From: an uncultured Candidatus Saccharibacteria bacterium
GTDB lineage: Bacteria; Patescibacteriota; Minisyncoccia; Phycocordibacterales; UBA12445
Direction: 5' to 3'
Length of the DNA: 50,570 bases
Assembly (NCBI GenBank): GCA_964639675.1
Contig: CAZXEK010000041.1
Location: 1 to 50,570, forward strand
A program made the position numbers and the translations under genes. A model generated the notes under the pieces. The model did no database searches. It was not told the DNA's origin and saw nothing but the letters and a program-made list of their open reading frames with translations. Positions 34,489 to 44,411 of the stretch are shown piece by piece. Position 1 is the first letter of the stretch. Each line of letters starts with the position of its first letter.

Positions 34489-35874
34489 TTATATTTTTGA
34501 CAAGTTTTCAAATAGGTGAATTATAGAGATGATACACCTTTGCCAGTCTGGCAGGTATAGAGATTCATTCCAAGAATGTGCATTGGTGTGAGGATCTTCG
34601 ACACCCAGCAAGATAGCTGGCGCGCCATTTAGAGCCTTGGTAAATGGTTCAACGAAGCCTATCGATCCCCCGGAGCCGATGAAGGCTGGCTCTAGGCCAT
34701 ATCCCTTCTCTATGGCACCTCGTACTGCCTCAAAGGCTTTGTGTTTGGTATCGGTCTTCCACCAAGGAACAGCCACATTCGTTTTAATATCTACGATGAC
34801 CCCGGATGGTGCGAAATCTTTTAAAAATTTAGTTAGACTATCTAATATTTTTTTTGTATTCATGTTCGGAACAGTTCGAATTCCTATTCGAGCCCAGGCG
34901 GAGTCGACAATAATGTTTGATACCTGTTCTCTAGACGAGGCTTGTATGGCATTGACAGTGAGTGATGGTCGGAACCAGATTCGCTCATTTGGCGAACATT
35001 TTTTTTCTCCAGTTAAGTTGATGCCATCTAGAATACAAGATTGCTTGCGAAAAAGTTCTTCGTTCCAGGGCAGTTTTTTTAGGTTAGTAATCTCTTTTTC
35101 AGAAAGTTTTGCTATATCGTCATAGATACCGGGGATTGCAATTTTGCCGTTGTCATCAGTTAACTTAGCAATAATTTTCGCTAGTGCTTGGATGGGGTCG
35201 GGGATAGGCCCTCCCCACATGCCAGAGTGGAGCGGCTGCTTTAGGGTGGAGACTGTTATGTCTACTGATATCAGTCCTCGGAGTTGGGTCGTGACCGCTG
35301 GGATACCGATGTCATAATTTCCTGTATCGCTTAAAACTATGAAATCAGCCATTAATTTTTCTCTGTACTCACCTAAGAGGTGTGGAAGATTTTCTGAACC
35401 GATCTCTTCTTCACCTTCGATTATTATTTTTACGTTCAAGGGAAGTTCGTTAGATGATTTAAGGTATGAAGCCACAGGTATGATACTAGAGAGGACACCG
35501 GCTTTATCATCTGCGACACCACGACCGAAGAGTCGGTCACCTTTGAGCATGGGTTCAAAGGGTTCGGTCTCCCACTTGGAAATTTCACCAGTTGGTTGAA
35601 CATCGTGATGCGCATATAAAAGGACGGTTGGAGCACCATCTTTCTCAAGCCAATCGCCATATACATATGGATGGCTACCATTAACCTCTAGAATTTCCAC
35701 GTTGTTTAATCCGGATCCTCGCATTAAATGAGCAACAGCTTCGGCCGAGGCAGCAACATTTTTTCGATCAAAGCCGTTTGCCGAGATGCTCGGTATTCGA
35801 ACAAGCGATTTTAAATCTTCCAAGAAATCCTCGTAATGTGTTTTAAAATATTCAGTTGCTTTTTTTGATGACAT
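34489..35874 (-). CDS. M20 family metallopeptidase (dipeptidase/ArgE-DapE-like)
   Basis: 461 aa with LLYAHHDVQP, GRGVADDKAG and EGEEEIGS metal-site motifs. Confidence 0.9.
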   Translation of the reverse strand: MSSKKATEYFKTHYEDFLEDLKSLVRIPSISANGFDRKNVAASAEAVAHLMRGSGLNNVEILEVNGSHPYVYGDWLEKDGAPTVLLYAHHDVQPTGEISKWETEPFEPMLKGDRLFGRGVADDKAGVLSSIIPVASYLKSSNELPLNVKIIIEGEEEIGSENLPHLLGEYREKLMADFIVLSDTGNYDIGIPAVTTQLRGLISVDITVSTLKQPLHSGMWGGPIPDPIQALAKIIAKLTDDNGKIAIPGIYDDIAKLSEKEITNLKKLPWNEELFRKQSCILDGINLTGEKKCSPNERIWFRPSLTVNAIQASSREQVSNIIVDSAWARIGIRTVPNMNTKKILDSLTKFLKDFAPSGVIVDIKTNVAVPWWKTDTKHKAFEAVRGAIEKGYGLEPAFIGSGGSIGFVEPFTKALNGAPAILLGVEDPHTNAHSWNESLYLPDWQRCIISIIHLFENLSKI

Positions 35875-35880
35875 TTCGTC

Positions 35881-35889
35881 ATCCTAGCA
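35881..35889 (-). promoter_or_regulatory. extended -10 (TGcTAGGAT) 6 nt upstream of the M20 peptidase ATG
   Basis: The minus strand reads tgc-taggat-gacgaa-ATG (ATG at 35874). Confidence 0.4.
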
Positions 35890-36071
35890 TTTTTATTAGT
35901 AGATCACTACTTCCAGTCTGGCCAGGCTTCAGTAAAATCTAATTATCTTATAATATGAATATTCATATGATTGATGTTGATATAATATTAACTTTGCTGT
36001 AATTTAAATAGTATGGAAGGCCAAAGAATAACATGGGAGGTGAAAGGATCGTGTGAAAGGTAAAAAAAAGC

Positions 36072-38573
36072 ATGAAAAGTAAAATGACAACTTATGATCA
36101 TAGGAAGATTGAGAAGAAGTGGCAGAAGAGATGGGAAGAGGATGGCTTGTATGAAGCTTCTAATAAATCTAAAAAGCCAAGATACTATTCTTTGATAGAA
36201 TTTCCATATCCATCGGGTGAAGGTTTACATGTTGGACACATAAGAAGTAATACGGCCATGGACATTATTTCTAGGAAGAGGAGGATGGAAGGTTACAATG
36301 TTTTGTATCCTATCGGCTGGGACGCCTTCGGTTTGCCGACAGAAAATTATGCTATTAAGACTGGTATACATCCAGTCACGACTACAAAAAAAAATACCAA
36401 TATCTTTAGAAAGCAGCTGAAGGAGTGCGGTTTCTCTTTTGATTGGAGTAGAGAGATTAACACTACTGATCCAGAATATTATAAATGGACGCAGTGGATA
36501 TTTCTGCAGCTGTTGAAGGCCGGGCTTGCTTACAAAAAGAAGATGCCGATTAATTGGTGTATATCTTGCAAGATTGGATTAGCCAATGAAGAGGTCATAG
36601 ATAATCATTGCGAGAGGTGTGGTGGCGAGACCGACAAAAGGGAAAAAGAACAGTGGATGCTTGCTATCACCAAGTATGCGGAAAGACTTGACAAGGATCT
36701 CGATCTAGTTGATTATCCACGAAATATTAAACTTCAGCAGAGAAATTGGATAGGGAGGAGTGAGGGAGCAGAAATTGAATTTACAGTTGTAGACACGAGT
36801 CAGGAGTCGGCTTTGTCTGCTAATGGCCATAAGGTAAATTTACAATCAAAACCGATTCATGACTTGCTCTCAATTAAAGTATTCACAACAAGGCCGGACA
36901 CTATTTTTGGCGCGACATACTTAGTTCTGGCACCCGAACACGAGATAATTAAAAAATTAAAAAGTAAAATTAAAAATTATGACGAGATAGAGAAATATGT
37001 AATCAACGCCAAACAAAAGGTAGATGTAGAACGAACGACAGAGGGTAGAGAAAAAACCGGTATTAAATTGGAGGGGATTACGGCTATAAATCCAGCTAAC
37101 AAAAAAGAGTTGCCGATTTTTATTGCTGACTATGTTTTGTCGCATTATGGTACGGGCGCGATTATGGCTGTGCCTGCACATGACGAGAGGGATTTCGAAT
37201 TTGCTGGGAAATATGCCTTGCCGGTTATCCCCGTTGTTGCTGACGGGCTGCTTATAAATTCTCTGCAGTTTAATGGTAGCGAGAATACTGAAGTTTTTGA
37301 CGAAATAATTAAATTTGTTGGAGGGCAAAAGAAGACAACTTACAAACTTCGTGATTGGATCTTTTCCAGGCAGAGGTATTGGGGCGAGCCCATACCGGTT
37401 ATTCATTGTAGTTTGTGTGGTGTTGTGCCAGTTCTAGAAAAAGATTTGCCTGTAAGGTTGCCAAATGTCAAAAACTATAAGCCGACGGAGACGGGGGAGT
37501 CACCACTCGCTCTTATTGATAAATGGGTGAATGTGAAATGCCCAAAATGTGGCGGTAAGGCTAAAAGAGAAACAGATACGATGCCGAATTGGGCTGGGTC
37601 AAGTTGGTATTATCTCAGTTATTGCTTCAGAAATAAAAAATTAAAGTCAAAAATTAAAAGTGAAGGATTGACGGAATTTAAAAAATATTTTGAGGAATGG
37701 CTCCCAGTAGATTGGTATAACGGTGGGATGGAACATGTGACACTTCATCTTTTATATTCAAGATTCTGGCACAAGTTTCTTTATGATCAAGGATTCGTAC
37801 CAACTCCGGAGCCGTACAAGAAGCGGACCGCACATGGTTTCATCTTAGGTTCGGATGGACAGAAGATGTCAAAGTCACGTGGCAATGTCATAAATCCGGA
37901 TTCAATCATAAAGCTTCTAGGCGCCGACACGCTAAGGGTGTATGAAATGTTTATGGGACCGTTTGCAGATGCAATAAGTTGGAATACTGACAGTGTCGCT
38001 GGGTCCCGTAGATTTTTGGAAAGAATCTGGAGATTACAGTTTAAAGTTCAGAAAAATAATCGAGAGGGGCTTGTCCAGATTGAAGTCGAAAGTTTGGAGA
38101 GACTACTGAATCAGACCATTAAAAAAGTTTCGGATGATATCGAGGAGATGAAATTTAATACAGCGGTTTCTGCTATGATGATTCTCCTAAATGAGATGGA
38201 AAAGCGGGAACAAATTCCGATAGAGGCTTATCATAAATTCTTAATTATCCTTTCTCCTTTTGCTCCGCATATAACGGAGGAGCTCTCTCTCAGGCTTGGA
38301 AATAAATCTTCGATCTTGCTTGGAGCGAGAAAATCTATACATCTTTTTGCTTGGCCGGAAGTTAAAACAGAAGACAATAAAAATTTTAAAATCAAAATTG
38401 TGATTCAGATAAACAGTAAGGTTAGAGATGAGGTAGAAGTCGATCGAGACATTCCAGACGACCTTCTAAGGAAGATTGTATTGGAGAGATCGGACGTTAA
38501 GAGGTGGCTTTCTGAACAGAAGGAAAAAAGAATAATAGTTGTTAAGAATAAACTGGTCAACATTGTCATTTGA
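36072..38573 (+). CDS. leuS: leucine--tRNA ligase
   Basis: 833 aa with HIGH (HVGH), KMSKS, the CP1 editing motif TTRPDT and N-terminal KIEKKWQKRWEE. Confidence 0.97.
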   Translation: MKSKMTTYDHRKIEKKWQKRWEEDGLYEASNKSKKPRYYSLIEFPYPSGEGLHVGHIRSNTAMDIISRKRRMEGYNVLYPIGWDAFGLPTENYAIKTGIHPVTTTKKNTNIFRKQLKECGFSFDWSREINTTDPEYYKWTQWIFLQLLKAGLAYKKKMPINWCISCKIGLANEEVIDNHCERCGGETDKREKEQWMLAITKYAERLDKDLDLVDYPRNIKLQQRNWIGRSEGAEIEFTVVDTSQESALSANGHKVNLQSKPIHDLLSIKVFTTRPDTIFGATYLVLAPEHEIIKKLKSKIKNYDEIEKYVINAKQKVDVERTTEGREKTGIKLEGITAINPANKKELPIFIADYVLSHYGTGAIMAVPAHDERDFEFAGKYALPVIPVVADGLLINSLQFNGSENTEVFDEIIKFVGGQKKTTYKLRDWIFSRQRYWGEPIPVIHCSLCGVVPVLEKDLPVRLPNVKNYKPTETGESPLALIDKWVNVKCPKCGGKAKRETDTMPNWAGSSWYYLSYCFRNKKLKSKIKSEGLTEFKKYFEEWLPVDWYNGGMEHVTLHLLYSRFWHKFLYDQGFVPTPEPYKKRTAHGFILGSDGQKMSKSRGNVINPDSIIKLLGADTLRVYEMFMGPFADAISWNTDSVAGSRRFLERIWRLQFKVQKNNREGLVQIEVESLERLLNQTIKKVSDDIEEMKFNTAVSAMMILLNEMEKREQIPIEAYHKFLIILSPFAPHITEELSLRLGNKSSILLGARKSIHLFAWPEVKTEDNKNFKIKIVIQINSKVRDEVEVDRDIPDDLLRKIVLERSDVKRWLSEQKEKRIIVVKNKLVNIVI

Positions 38574-38617
38574 CAACATCTGTTGACTTTAAAAAAGGAA
38601 AATGTTAGAACATCTAT

Positions 38618-39655
38618 ATGGCAAAAACAAATAAATTATCTTTTAATCCAGAGAAAATTAGTAAGAGTTTTTTAGGAGTATTACCAGAGAGATCAAGAAG
38701 TGTCTTAAAGAAGAGGTTTGGTCTTGATGACAATATTCCGAAGATGACCCTAGAGGCGATAGGTAAATCTTATAAAATTACTAGAGAGAGGGTGAGGCAG
38801 ATAGAGAACGCCGCTCTCGGGGCCATTAGGAGGTCTAATGTTTTTGTTAACCATAAAAATGTATTTGAGGAGCTTAGAAATTTTATGCATGAATTTGGGG
38901 GTATTGTTCACGAACAGGACTTTCTCGATCACCTTTCTAAGGATAAGGATCTCCAGAATCACGTAACTTTTTTTCTTGTTCTTGGCGAGGAGTTTAAAAA
39001 GTTAAAGGAAGACGAAGATTTTAAACATCGGTGGAGTTTGGGTGAGGAGGTGAGTGAAAAGGTAGAGGATTCATTAAGGTCCCTTTATAAAAGTTTATCT
39101 GAAGAGGATCTGATTTCTGAGAGCGAGATGATAATAAAACTTTTCGATCACTTAAAGCATATCGCCAAAGAAGCAAGAGATGAAGAGTTGGCGCGAAGGT
39201 GGCTGTCCCTATCTAAAAAGATTGACAAGAACTCTCTGGGTGAATGGGGTATTGCTCATTCCCCTAATATAAAAACCAGAGGGATAAGAGATTTGGCCTA
39301 TTTGGTGCTTAGGCAACATGGTTCGCCGATGCATTTTGGAGAGGTGGCGAAGGCTATCAACAAGATATTTGGCAAGAATGCTAATATTGCGACCTGCCAC
39401 AATGAACTGATAAAGGACAAAAGGTTTGTTTTGGTTGGGCGAGGTTTATATGCCTTATCTAAGTGGGGTTATGCCAGAGGAAATGTTCGAGATATTGTCC
39501 ATGCCATAATTGAAAAGGATGGCCAGCAAACCAAGGAGGAGATTCTAAGGAAAGTTTTGAGAGAGAGATATGTTAAGGAAAACACAGTTCTAGTAAATCT
39601 TCAAAATAGTAGATATTTTAAAAAAGATAAAGATGGGAGGTATTCTATAGCTTGA
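38618..39655 (+). CDS. DNA-binding protein with sigma-70 region-4-like HTH and C-terminal HARE-HTH-like domain
   Basis: 345 aa with TLEAIGKSYKITRERVRQIENAAL (region-4-like) and SPMHFGEVAKAINKIF..RFVLVGRGLYAL in the C-terminal third. Confidence 0.55.
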   Translation: MAKTNKLSFNPEKISKSFLGVLPERSRSVLKKRFGLDDNIPKMTLEAIGKSYKITRERVRQIENAALGAIRRSNVFVNHKNVFEELRNFMHEFGGIVHEQDFLDHLSKDKDLQNHVTFFLVLGEEFKKLKEDEDFKHRWSLGEEVSEKVEDSLRSLYKSLSEEDLISESEMIIKLFDHLKHIAKEARDEELARRWLSLSKKIDKNSLGEWGIAHSPNIKTRGIRDLAYLVLRQHGSPMHFGEVAKAINKIFGKNANIATCHNELIKDKRFVLVGRGLYALSKWGYARGNVRDIVHAIIEKDGQQTKEEILRKVLRERYVKENTVLVNLQNSRYFKKDKDGRYSIA

Positions 39656-39707
39656 TATCCCGAGCAGTACTTTACCTTGCTTCTAAATACTGTATACTTT
39701 TAAAGGT

Positions 39708-40943
39708 ATGATACCTTCGGGTTTTTCTCAAATCTTAGAAATTTTTAAGGTTGGATATATTGCCTCCGTTGAGGCATTTTTTGGTGTTTATCCTATAGTG
39801 ATTGTAATTGGACTGGCAGTTTTTTCTTGGCGAAGTTGGAAGCGCTATATTGTTTTGGATTTTATTTCGAAAATGTCATGGGTCGTACTTGAGATTAAAC
39901 TTCCCAAAGAAACGTTTAAATCACCACAAGCTATGGAGGTGGTGCTCGGAGCCTTTCATCAGACCCCGGGTATAAATTTTTATGAAAAGTATTATTTAGG
40001 AAAGGTGAGACCGTGGTCATCCCTGGAAATTGTTTCAATTAATGGTAGCGTTCATTTTTTTATAAGAGTTTTAAAAAGTATGAGGGTAACTGTTGAATCT
40101 CATATATATTCTCAATATCCTACTGCTGAAATTCATGAAGTTTTAGATTATGTTTATGGTGCCCCATATCTTGAGAAGGATTCTAAGTGGCAGTTGTTCG
40201 GTTCAGAATTGAAGTTAACAAAGGAAGATGCTTATCCCATTAAGACTTACGTTGATTTTGGTTTAGATAAAGATCCGAAGGAAGAGTTTAAGGTCGATCC
40301 TATAACTGCCACACTAGAATTCATGGGTTCGGTCGGCCAGGGAGAGCAGGTTTGGTTTCAGATAAATATTATTGCTGCTGAAAAGAGATTTAAAAAGGCA
40401 GGAACTTGGTTTGCTTATCAGGACTGGAGGGATGATTCCAAAGAACTTTTAAATAAATTACTCAAGAGGGATAAGCTCAAAGAGAGTGTAGTTTTGTCTA
40501 ATGAGATTTTACTTTCACCCGGCGAGAGAAATGTTGTCGAAGCGATTGAAAGGCAGGTATCAAAGTTAGGATTTGATTGTGGAATCAGAATGATCTATCT
40601 TGCTTTGGCGGACAAATTTAATCCATCTAACATCGGCGGTCTTATGTCTTCAGTTAGGCAGTACAACTCCTTGAATCTTAATGGTTTCAAACCGACCAGA
40701 GTTACCAGTTTCGATCCATGGGAGGATCCATTTGGGACAAAGATTATAAAATTTAAGGAATGGCTTTTCGAGTCTTATTGTAAGAGAGGCTGGTTCTATC
40801 CTCCCCATGATAGGTTGCCATTTGTTTTAAATACAGAGGAGCTGGCTACGATATATCACTTTCCTGGTGCTGTGGCCGCTACACCGACATTTGGTAGGAG
40901 TGAGTCTAAAAGGGGAGAGGCTCCTGTTAATCTGCCTATATAG
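39708..40943 (+). CDS. hypothetical membrane protein
   Basis: 411 aa with one N-terminal hydrophobic helix (VYPIVIVIGLAVF) and then a soluble domain. No motif recognised with confidence. Confidence 0.55.
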   Translation: MIPSGFSQILEIFKVGYIASVEAFFGVYPIVIVIGLAVFSWRSWKRYIVLDFISKMSWVVLEIKLPKETFKSPQAMEVVLGAFHQTPGINFYEKYYLGKVRPWSSLEIVSINGSVHFFIRVLKSMRVTVESHIYSQYPTAEIHEVLDYVYGAPYLEKDSKWQLFGSELKLTKEDAYPIKTYVDFGLDKDPKEEFKVDPITATLEFMGSVGQGEQVWFQINIIAAEKRFKKAGTWFAYQDWRDDSKELLNKLLKRDKLKESVVLSNEILLSPGERNVVEAIERQVSKLGFDCGIRMIYLALADKFNPSNIGGLMSSVRQYNSLNLNGFKPTRVTSFDPWEDPFGTKIIKFKEWLFESYCKRGWFYPPHDRLPFVLNTEELATIYHFPGAVAATPTFGRSESKRGEAPVNLPI

Positions 40944-40945
40944 TT

Positions 40946-41923
40946 ATGCAAGACGAAGCCGTTTTCAGTAAAGGTCTCTATGTCATTTTGGTCTGCTTGG
41001 GGCTGGTTTTTTTATTATCTATTCTACTTATCCAGCAACTATTTATAAAAGCGCCTGAAGATTTTCAGTCAGCTAGATATTTTACAATTGAGAGGGGGTT
41101 ATCAATCGACGAAACGGGGATTTTCTTGAAGCAAAATCGTATTATTAACTCCCCATTTTTTTTTAAGATACTGGTGCCGGTTTTTGGAAAGACAGATAAG
41201 ATTATTGCTGGTGAATATAGATTTGATGATCCTATTAATCTTTTAGATGTTATTAAAAGCGTGACGGATATTGGTTATAAGGGTAGGGCGATTAAGGTAA
41301 CTATCCCAGAGGGATTTACTAATAAAGATATTTCAGAGCTTCTTGAGAAAAAGTTTTCAAATTTTGATAAAGAAAATTTTCTGAAGTTAGCATTATCTAA
41401 GGAGGGGTCACTATTTCCAGATACTTATATTTTTCCAATCTTCTATACTGAAGAGAAAATTATAAATAAAATGTTTGATAATTTTCAGATCAAGATTTCA
41501 GATATCAAATCAGCGATAATCGCATCTAAGAGGACTCGAGAGCAAATAATAATAATGGCTTCGATTCTTGAGAAGGAGGCAAGGACGACAGAGACTCGCA
41601 AGAAGATTGCCGGGATTTTATGGAAGAGGTTAGACGCGGGCAAGCTTTTACAAGTAGACGCATCTTTTCTTTATCTCCTTAATAAACAAAGTAAAGATCT
41701 AACGGGTACTGATTTAAATATTAATTCACCATACAATACCTATGTGTATAAAGGTTTGCCTTTCGGAGCCATATCCAATCCGGGATTAGATGCTTTAACA
41801 GACGCTCTATATCCTGAAGAGTCAAAATATTGGTTCTATCTTTCAGATGATGAGGGTAATATGCACTACGGTGTAACCTTCGACGACCATAAAAAGAATA
41901 AAGTTCTTTATCTCACTCGTTGA
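40946..41923 (+). CDS. mltG: endolytic murein transglycosylase (YceG-like)
   Basis: 325 aa with an N-terminal TM and the motifs ASILEKEA, LQVDASFLY and SPYNTYVYKGLPFGAISNPG. Confidence 0.9.
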   Translation: MQDEAVFSKGLYVILVCLGLVFLLSILLIQQLFIKAPEDFQSARYFTIERGLSIDETGIFLKQNRIINSPFFFKILVPVFGKTDKIIAGEYRFDDPINLLDVIKSVTDIGYKGRAIKVTIPEGFTNKDISELLEKKFSNFDKENFLKLALSKEGSLFPDTYIFPIFYTEEKIINKMFDNFQIKISDIKSAIIASKRTREQIIIMASILEKEARTTETRKKIAGILWKRLDAGKLLQVDASFLYLLNKQSKDLTGTDLNINSPYNTYVYKGLPFGAISNPGLDALTDALYPEESKYWFYLSDDEGNMHYGVTFDDHKKNKVLYLTR

Positions 41924-41986
41924 CAGAATTAGATGATTGTGTTAGGTTAATAGTTAGAAATTAAGGATAAGGGAGGTGGGGATAAG

Positions 41987-42295
41987 ATGGAGGGTCGGAA
42001 TTGTCTCCAGTTCTATGACTATGAGTTCGTTGGCAAGACAGTTAGCGCTAAATTTTTGAGGAGCTACTCCCATTTTTATTGGGATGGGTTTGGAGTTAGA
42101 GAGATGAAGTGTTATTTAATCTTGGACAAGGTTGCTTGTCAGGACAGACTTCAGAGGCCAAAACTGAATGAATTCGAGCGTCATCAGATTCAGTACGCAC
42201 TAGATAACTGGCCAACACCTGAAGTAGATAAGCGTTCCGGTAGGATATTCTATGTGGTGAAAAAGGAGGGAAGAGAATATGGAAATTCTCGCTAA
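41987..42295 (+). CDS. hypothetical protein
   Basis: 102 aa. GGGAGGTG at 41971-41978 lies 8 nt before the ATG. No motif recognised. Confidence 0.5.
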   Translation: MEGRNCLQFYDYEFVGKTVSAKFLRSYSHFYWDGFGVREMKCYLILDKVACQDRLQRPKLNEFERHQIQYALDNWPTPEVDKRSGRIFYVVKKEGREYGNSR

Positions 42296-42380
42296 TCTAT
42301 TGGCCTCTTTGCTGGGGGTTCTTCTTTTGTTGATTTTAGTTCTCAGGTTTGGTGATGACGACAACTTGAAGTTCAACTAG
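42279..42380 (+). CDS. candidate 33-aa single-TM micro-protein upstream of the ATP synthase operon
   Basis: Not in the ORF track because it is under 60 aa. AGGAGG at 42264-42269 lies 9 nt before ATG 42279. Sequence MEILANLLASLLGVLLLLILVLRFGDDDNLKFN. Followed by the hairpin at 42403-42430. Confidence 0.35.
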   Translation: MEILANLLASLLGVLLLLILVLRFGDDDNLKFN

Positions 42381-42402
42381 CTTCTCGTCTCGCCATGGCT
42401 AT

Positions 42403-42430
42403 GCCGTCAGAATATCTGGCGGCCTTTTTT
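42403..42430 (+). terminator. hairpin plus T-run upstream of atpB
   Basis: 8-bp stem gccgtcag/ctggcggc (one G-U), then ctttttt. Confidence 0.5.
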
Positions 42431-42470
42431 ATTTGTACTTTTTTTGTTTTTCGTATATATTAATAACCCA

Positions 42471-43223
42471 ATGTCAGAGATTTCTATACAGGCCGAAAAG
42501 ATATTTTCCTTAGGTGGTTTTCCGGTTACTAATTCGCTTATTATGGCACTAATAGTTTTATTTGGCCTGGTCTTCTTCGCAGTTTTGATTAATAAAAGAC
42601 TTGCCATTATTCCAGACAAATTACAATCTCTCTTTGAGATTGTCCTCGAGGGTATTATGGATTTTATGGACACAATTCTTGGCAAGAGAAAAACTACTGA
42701 ATTGTATCTTCCACTTGTCGGCACCATATTTTTCTTCATCCTTTTTTCTAACTGGTCTGGTCTCGTGCCGGGCTTGAGCGCTTTCGGTATATATGAAATA
42801 TCTCATACTTCCGGAGAAGAGATTCTTGTGCCAATTCTTAGGGCGCCATCTAGTGATCTCAATTTTACTTTAGCCCTTGGGATTATTGCTATACTTTCGG
42901 TTAACGTCTTGGGTGTGGCAGCGATTGGCCTGAAGAACCACATGGGTAAGTTTTTTAATTTTGAGAGTCCAGTTATGTTTTTCGTTGGTATTTTAGAGCT
43001 TACATCTGAATTTGTGAAGATGATCTCATTAGCCTTTCGCCTTTTTGGTAACGTATTCGCTGGTGAGGTACTCCTTATGGTCATAGGGATGTTGGCGCCG
43101 TATATTATCCCGATGCCATTTGTCGCCATGGAGGTCTTCGTCGGTTTTATTCAGGCCTTGATTTTTTCTGTTTTAACGTTAGTCTTTATCAGCATGTCAG
43201 TCGAACAGCATGCGAAGCATTAG
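42471..43223 (+). CDS. atpB: F0F1 ATP synthase subunit a
   Basis: Conserved LAFRLFGNVFAGE with an essential-Arg context. ATG 42471 (MSEISIQAEKIF) is preferred over the in-frame ORF-track TTG 42444. Confidence 0.93.
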   Translation: MSEISIQAEKIFSLGGFPVTNSLIMALIVLFGLVFFAVLINKRLAIIPDKLQSLFEIVLEGIMDFMDTILGKRKTTELYLPLVGTIFFFILFSNWSGLVPGLSAFGIYEISHTSGEEILVPILRAPSSDLNFTLALGIIAILSVNVLGVAAIGLKNHMGKFFNFESPVMFFVGILELTSEFVKMISLAFRLFGNVFAGEVLLMVIGMLAPYIIPMPFVAMEVFVGFIQALIFSVLTLVFISMSVEQHAKH

Positions 43224-43259
43224 TTTATTCGTTAGAACTTAGTAATTAATAATTTATAG

Positions 43260-43493
<234 letters not shown>

Positions 43494-43499
43494 GTTTAG

Positions 43500-44006
43500 A
43501 TGGAGTCTCTTTTTACCCATTTGGGAATAGACTGGAGGTTGCTAGTAGCCCAGGGGGTCAACTTTTTCTTGCTTGTCCTTTTACTGAACTACTTTCTCTA
43601 TAAGCCGTTAGTCAAATTGATAAATGAGAGGCGTCAGAAAATAGAACAGGGCCTTTCAAATGCCAAAGAGGCGGAAGATCGGCTAAGAGAGGCAGAGGTT
43701 TGTAAGCAAGAGAAGATTGTTGAGGGAGAGAAGGTGGCCCTAGCAATGATCGTTGATGCGAATAAGGATGGTGAGGTTAATAAGAAAAATATTATTAAAA
43801 AAGCTGAAATGGAGGCCGAGGTTATCAAGCAAAAGAGCGAAGATCTGGGACGTCGGCTTATTCAAAGGGAGATAGCATCGCTTCAGAATAATGCTCGTGA
43901 ATTAGTAGAGAAGGCAATCTTCGCCTCTGTACGGTTGCATCCAGAGGAGATTGATAAGAGGCTTATTGATGATGCGGTGGGGGCAATAAAAGTTTTAAAA
44001 TTGTAA
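43500..44006 (+). CDS. atpF: F0F1 ATP synthase subunit b
   Basis: 168 aa with an N-terminal TM and then a long charged helix. Operon position fits. Confidence 0.85.
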   Translation: MESLFTHLGIDWRLLVAQGVNFFLLVLLLNYFLYKPLVKLINERRQKIEQGLSNAKEAEDRLREAEVCKQEKIVEGEKVALAMIVDANKDGEVNKKNIIKKAEMEAEVIKQKSEDLGRRLIQREIASLQNNARELVEKAIFASVRLHPEEIDKRLIDDAVGAIKVLKL

Positions 44007-44389
44007 TGATATACAGTAGTACATTATATGCCAGGTCCTTATTTTTGATTTTAAGTGAGGTAGAACCCGCAGGGCACAGCTTGATATTTAAAAATTTCTG
44101 GAAGACAGTTTTGAAAAATGGGGATCAATCCAAACTGAAAAATATTATCGATTCTTTTGAAGAGTTAGTTGTCAGAAGCAGAGGTGGCCGAGTTATTATT
44201 TTAGAAACGGCCAGAGAGTCCGATGATCTTTTAGAAAAGTTGAAGAGATTGTTTAAACCAGATGATTTGGTTAAGAAGATTATAAATCCTAAGTTAGTTT
44301 CCGGGGTTCGGGTGGAGTTAGATCATGGCATGGAACTCGATTATAGTTTGGAGAGAAAATTTAGGAAGATTTTTATAAGGGGGATCTAA
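44006..44389 (+). CDS. atpH: F0F1 ATP synthase subunit delta (short form)
   Basis: 127 aa. OSCP-like C-terminal pattern LVSGVRVELDHGMELDYSLERKF. Lies between atpF and atpA. Confidence 0.7.
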   Translation: MIYSSTLYARSLFLILSEVEPAGHSLIFKNFWKTVLKNGDQSKLKNIIDSFEELVVRSRGGRVIILETARESDDLLEKLKRLFKPDDLVKKIINPKLVSGVRVELDHGMELDYSLERKFRKIFIRGI

Positions 44390-44411
44390 ATAATTTTATT
44401 TATATAACGAG

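Noticed and set aside
35890-36071. A T-box or other riboswitch leader upstream of leuS.
   Set aside because: The leader is only ~85 nt after the TGaTATAAT at ~35977-85. It has no T-box consensus (AGGGTGGnACCGCG-like), no specifier-loop architecture and no terminator/antiterminator pair. It has only purine-rich sequence and a 7-codon uORF.
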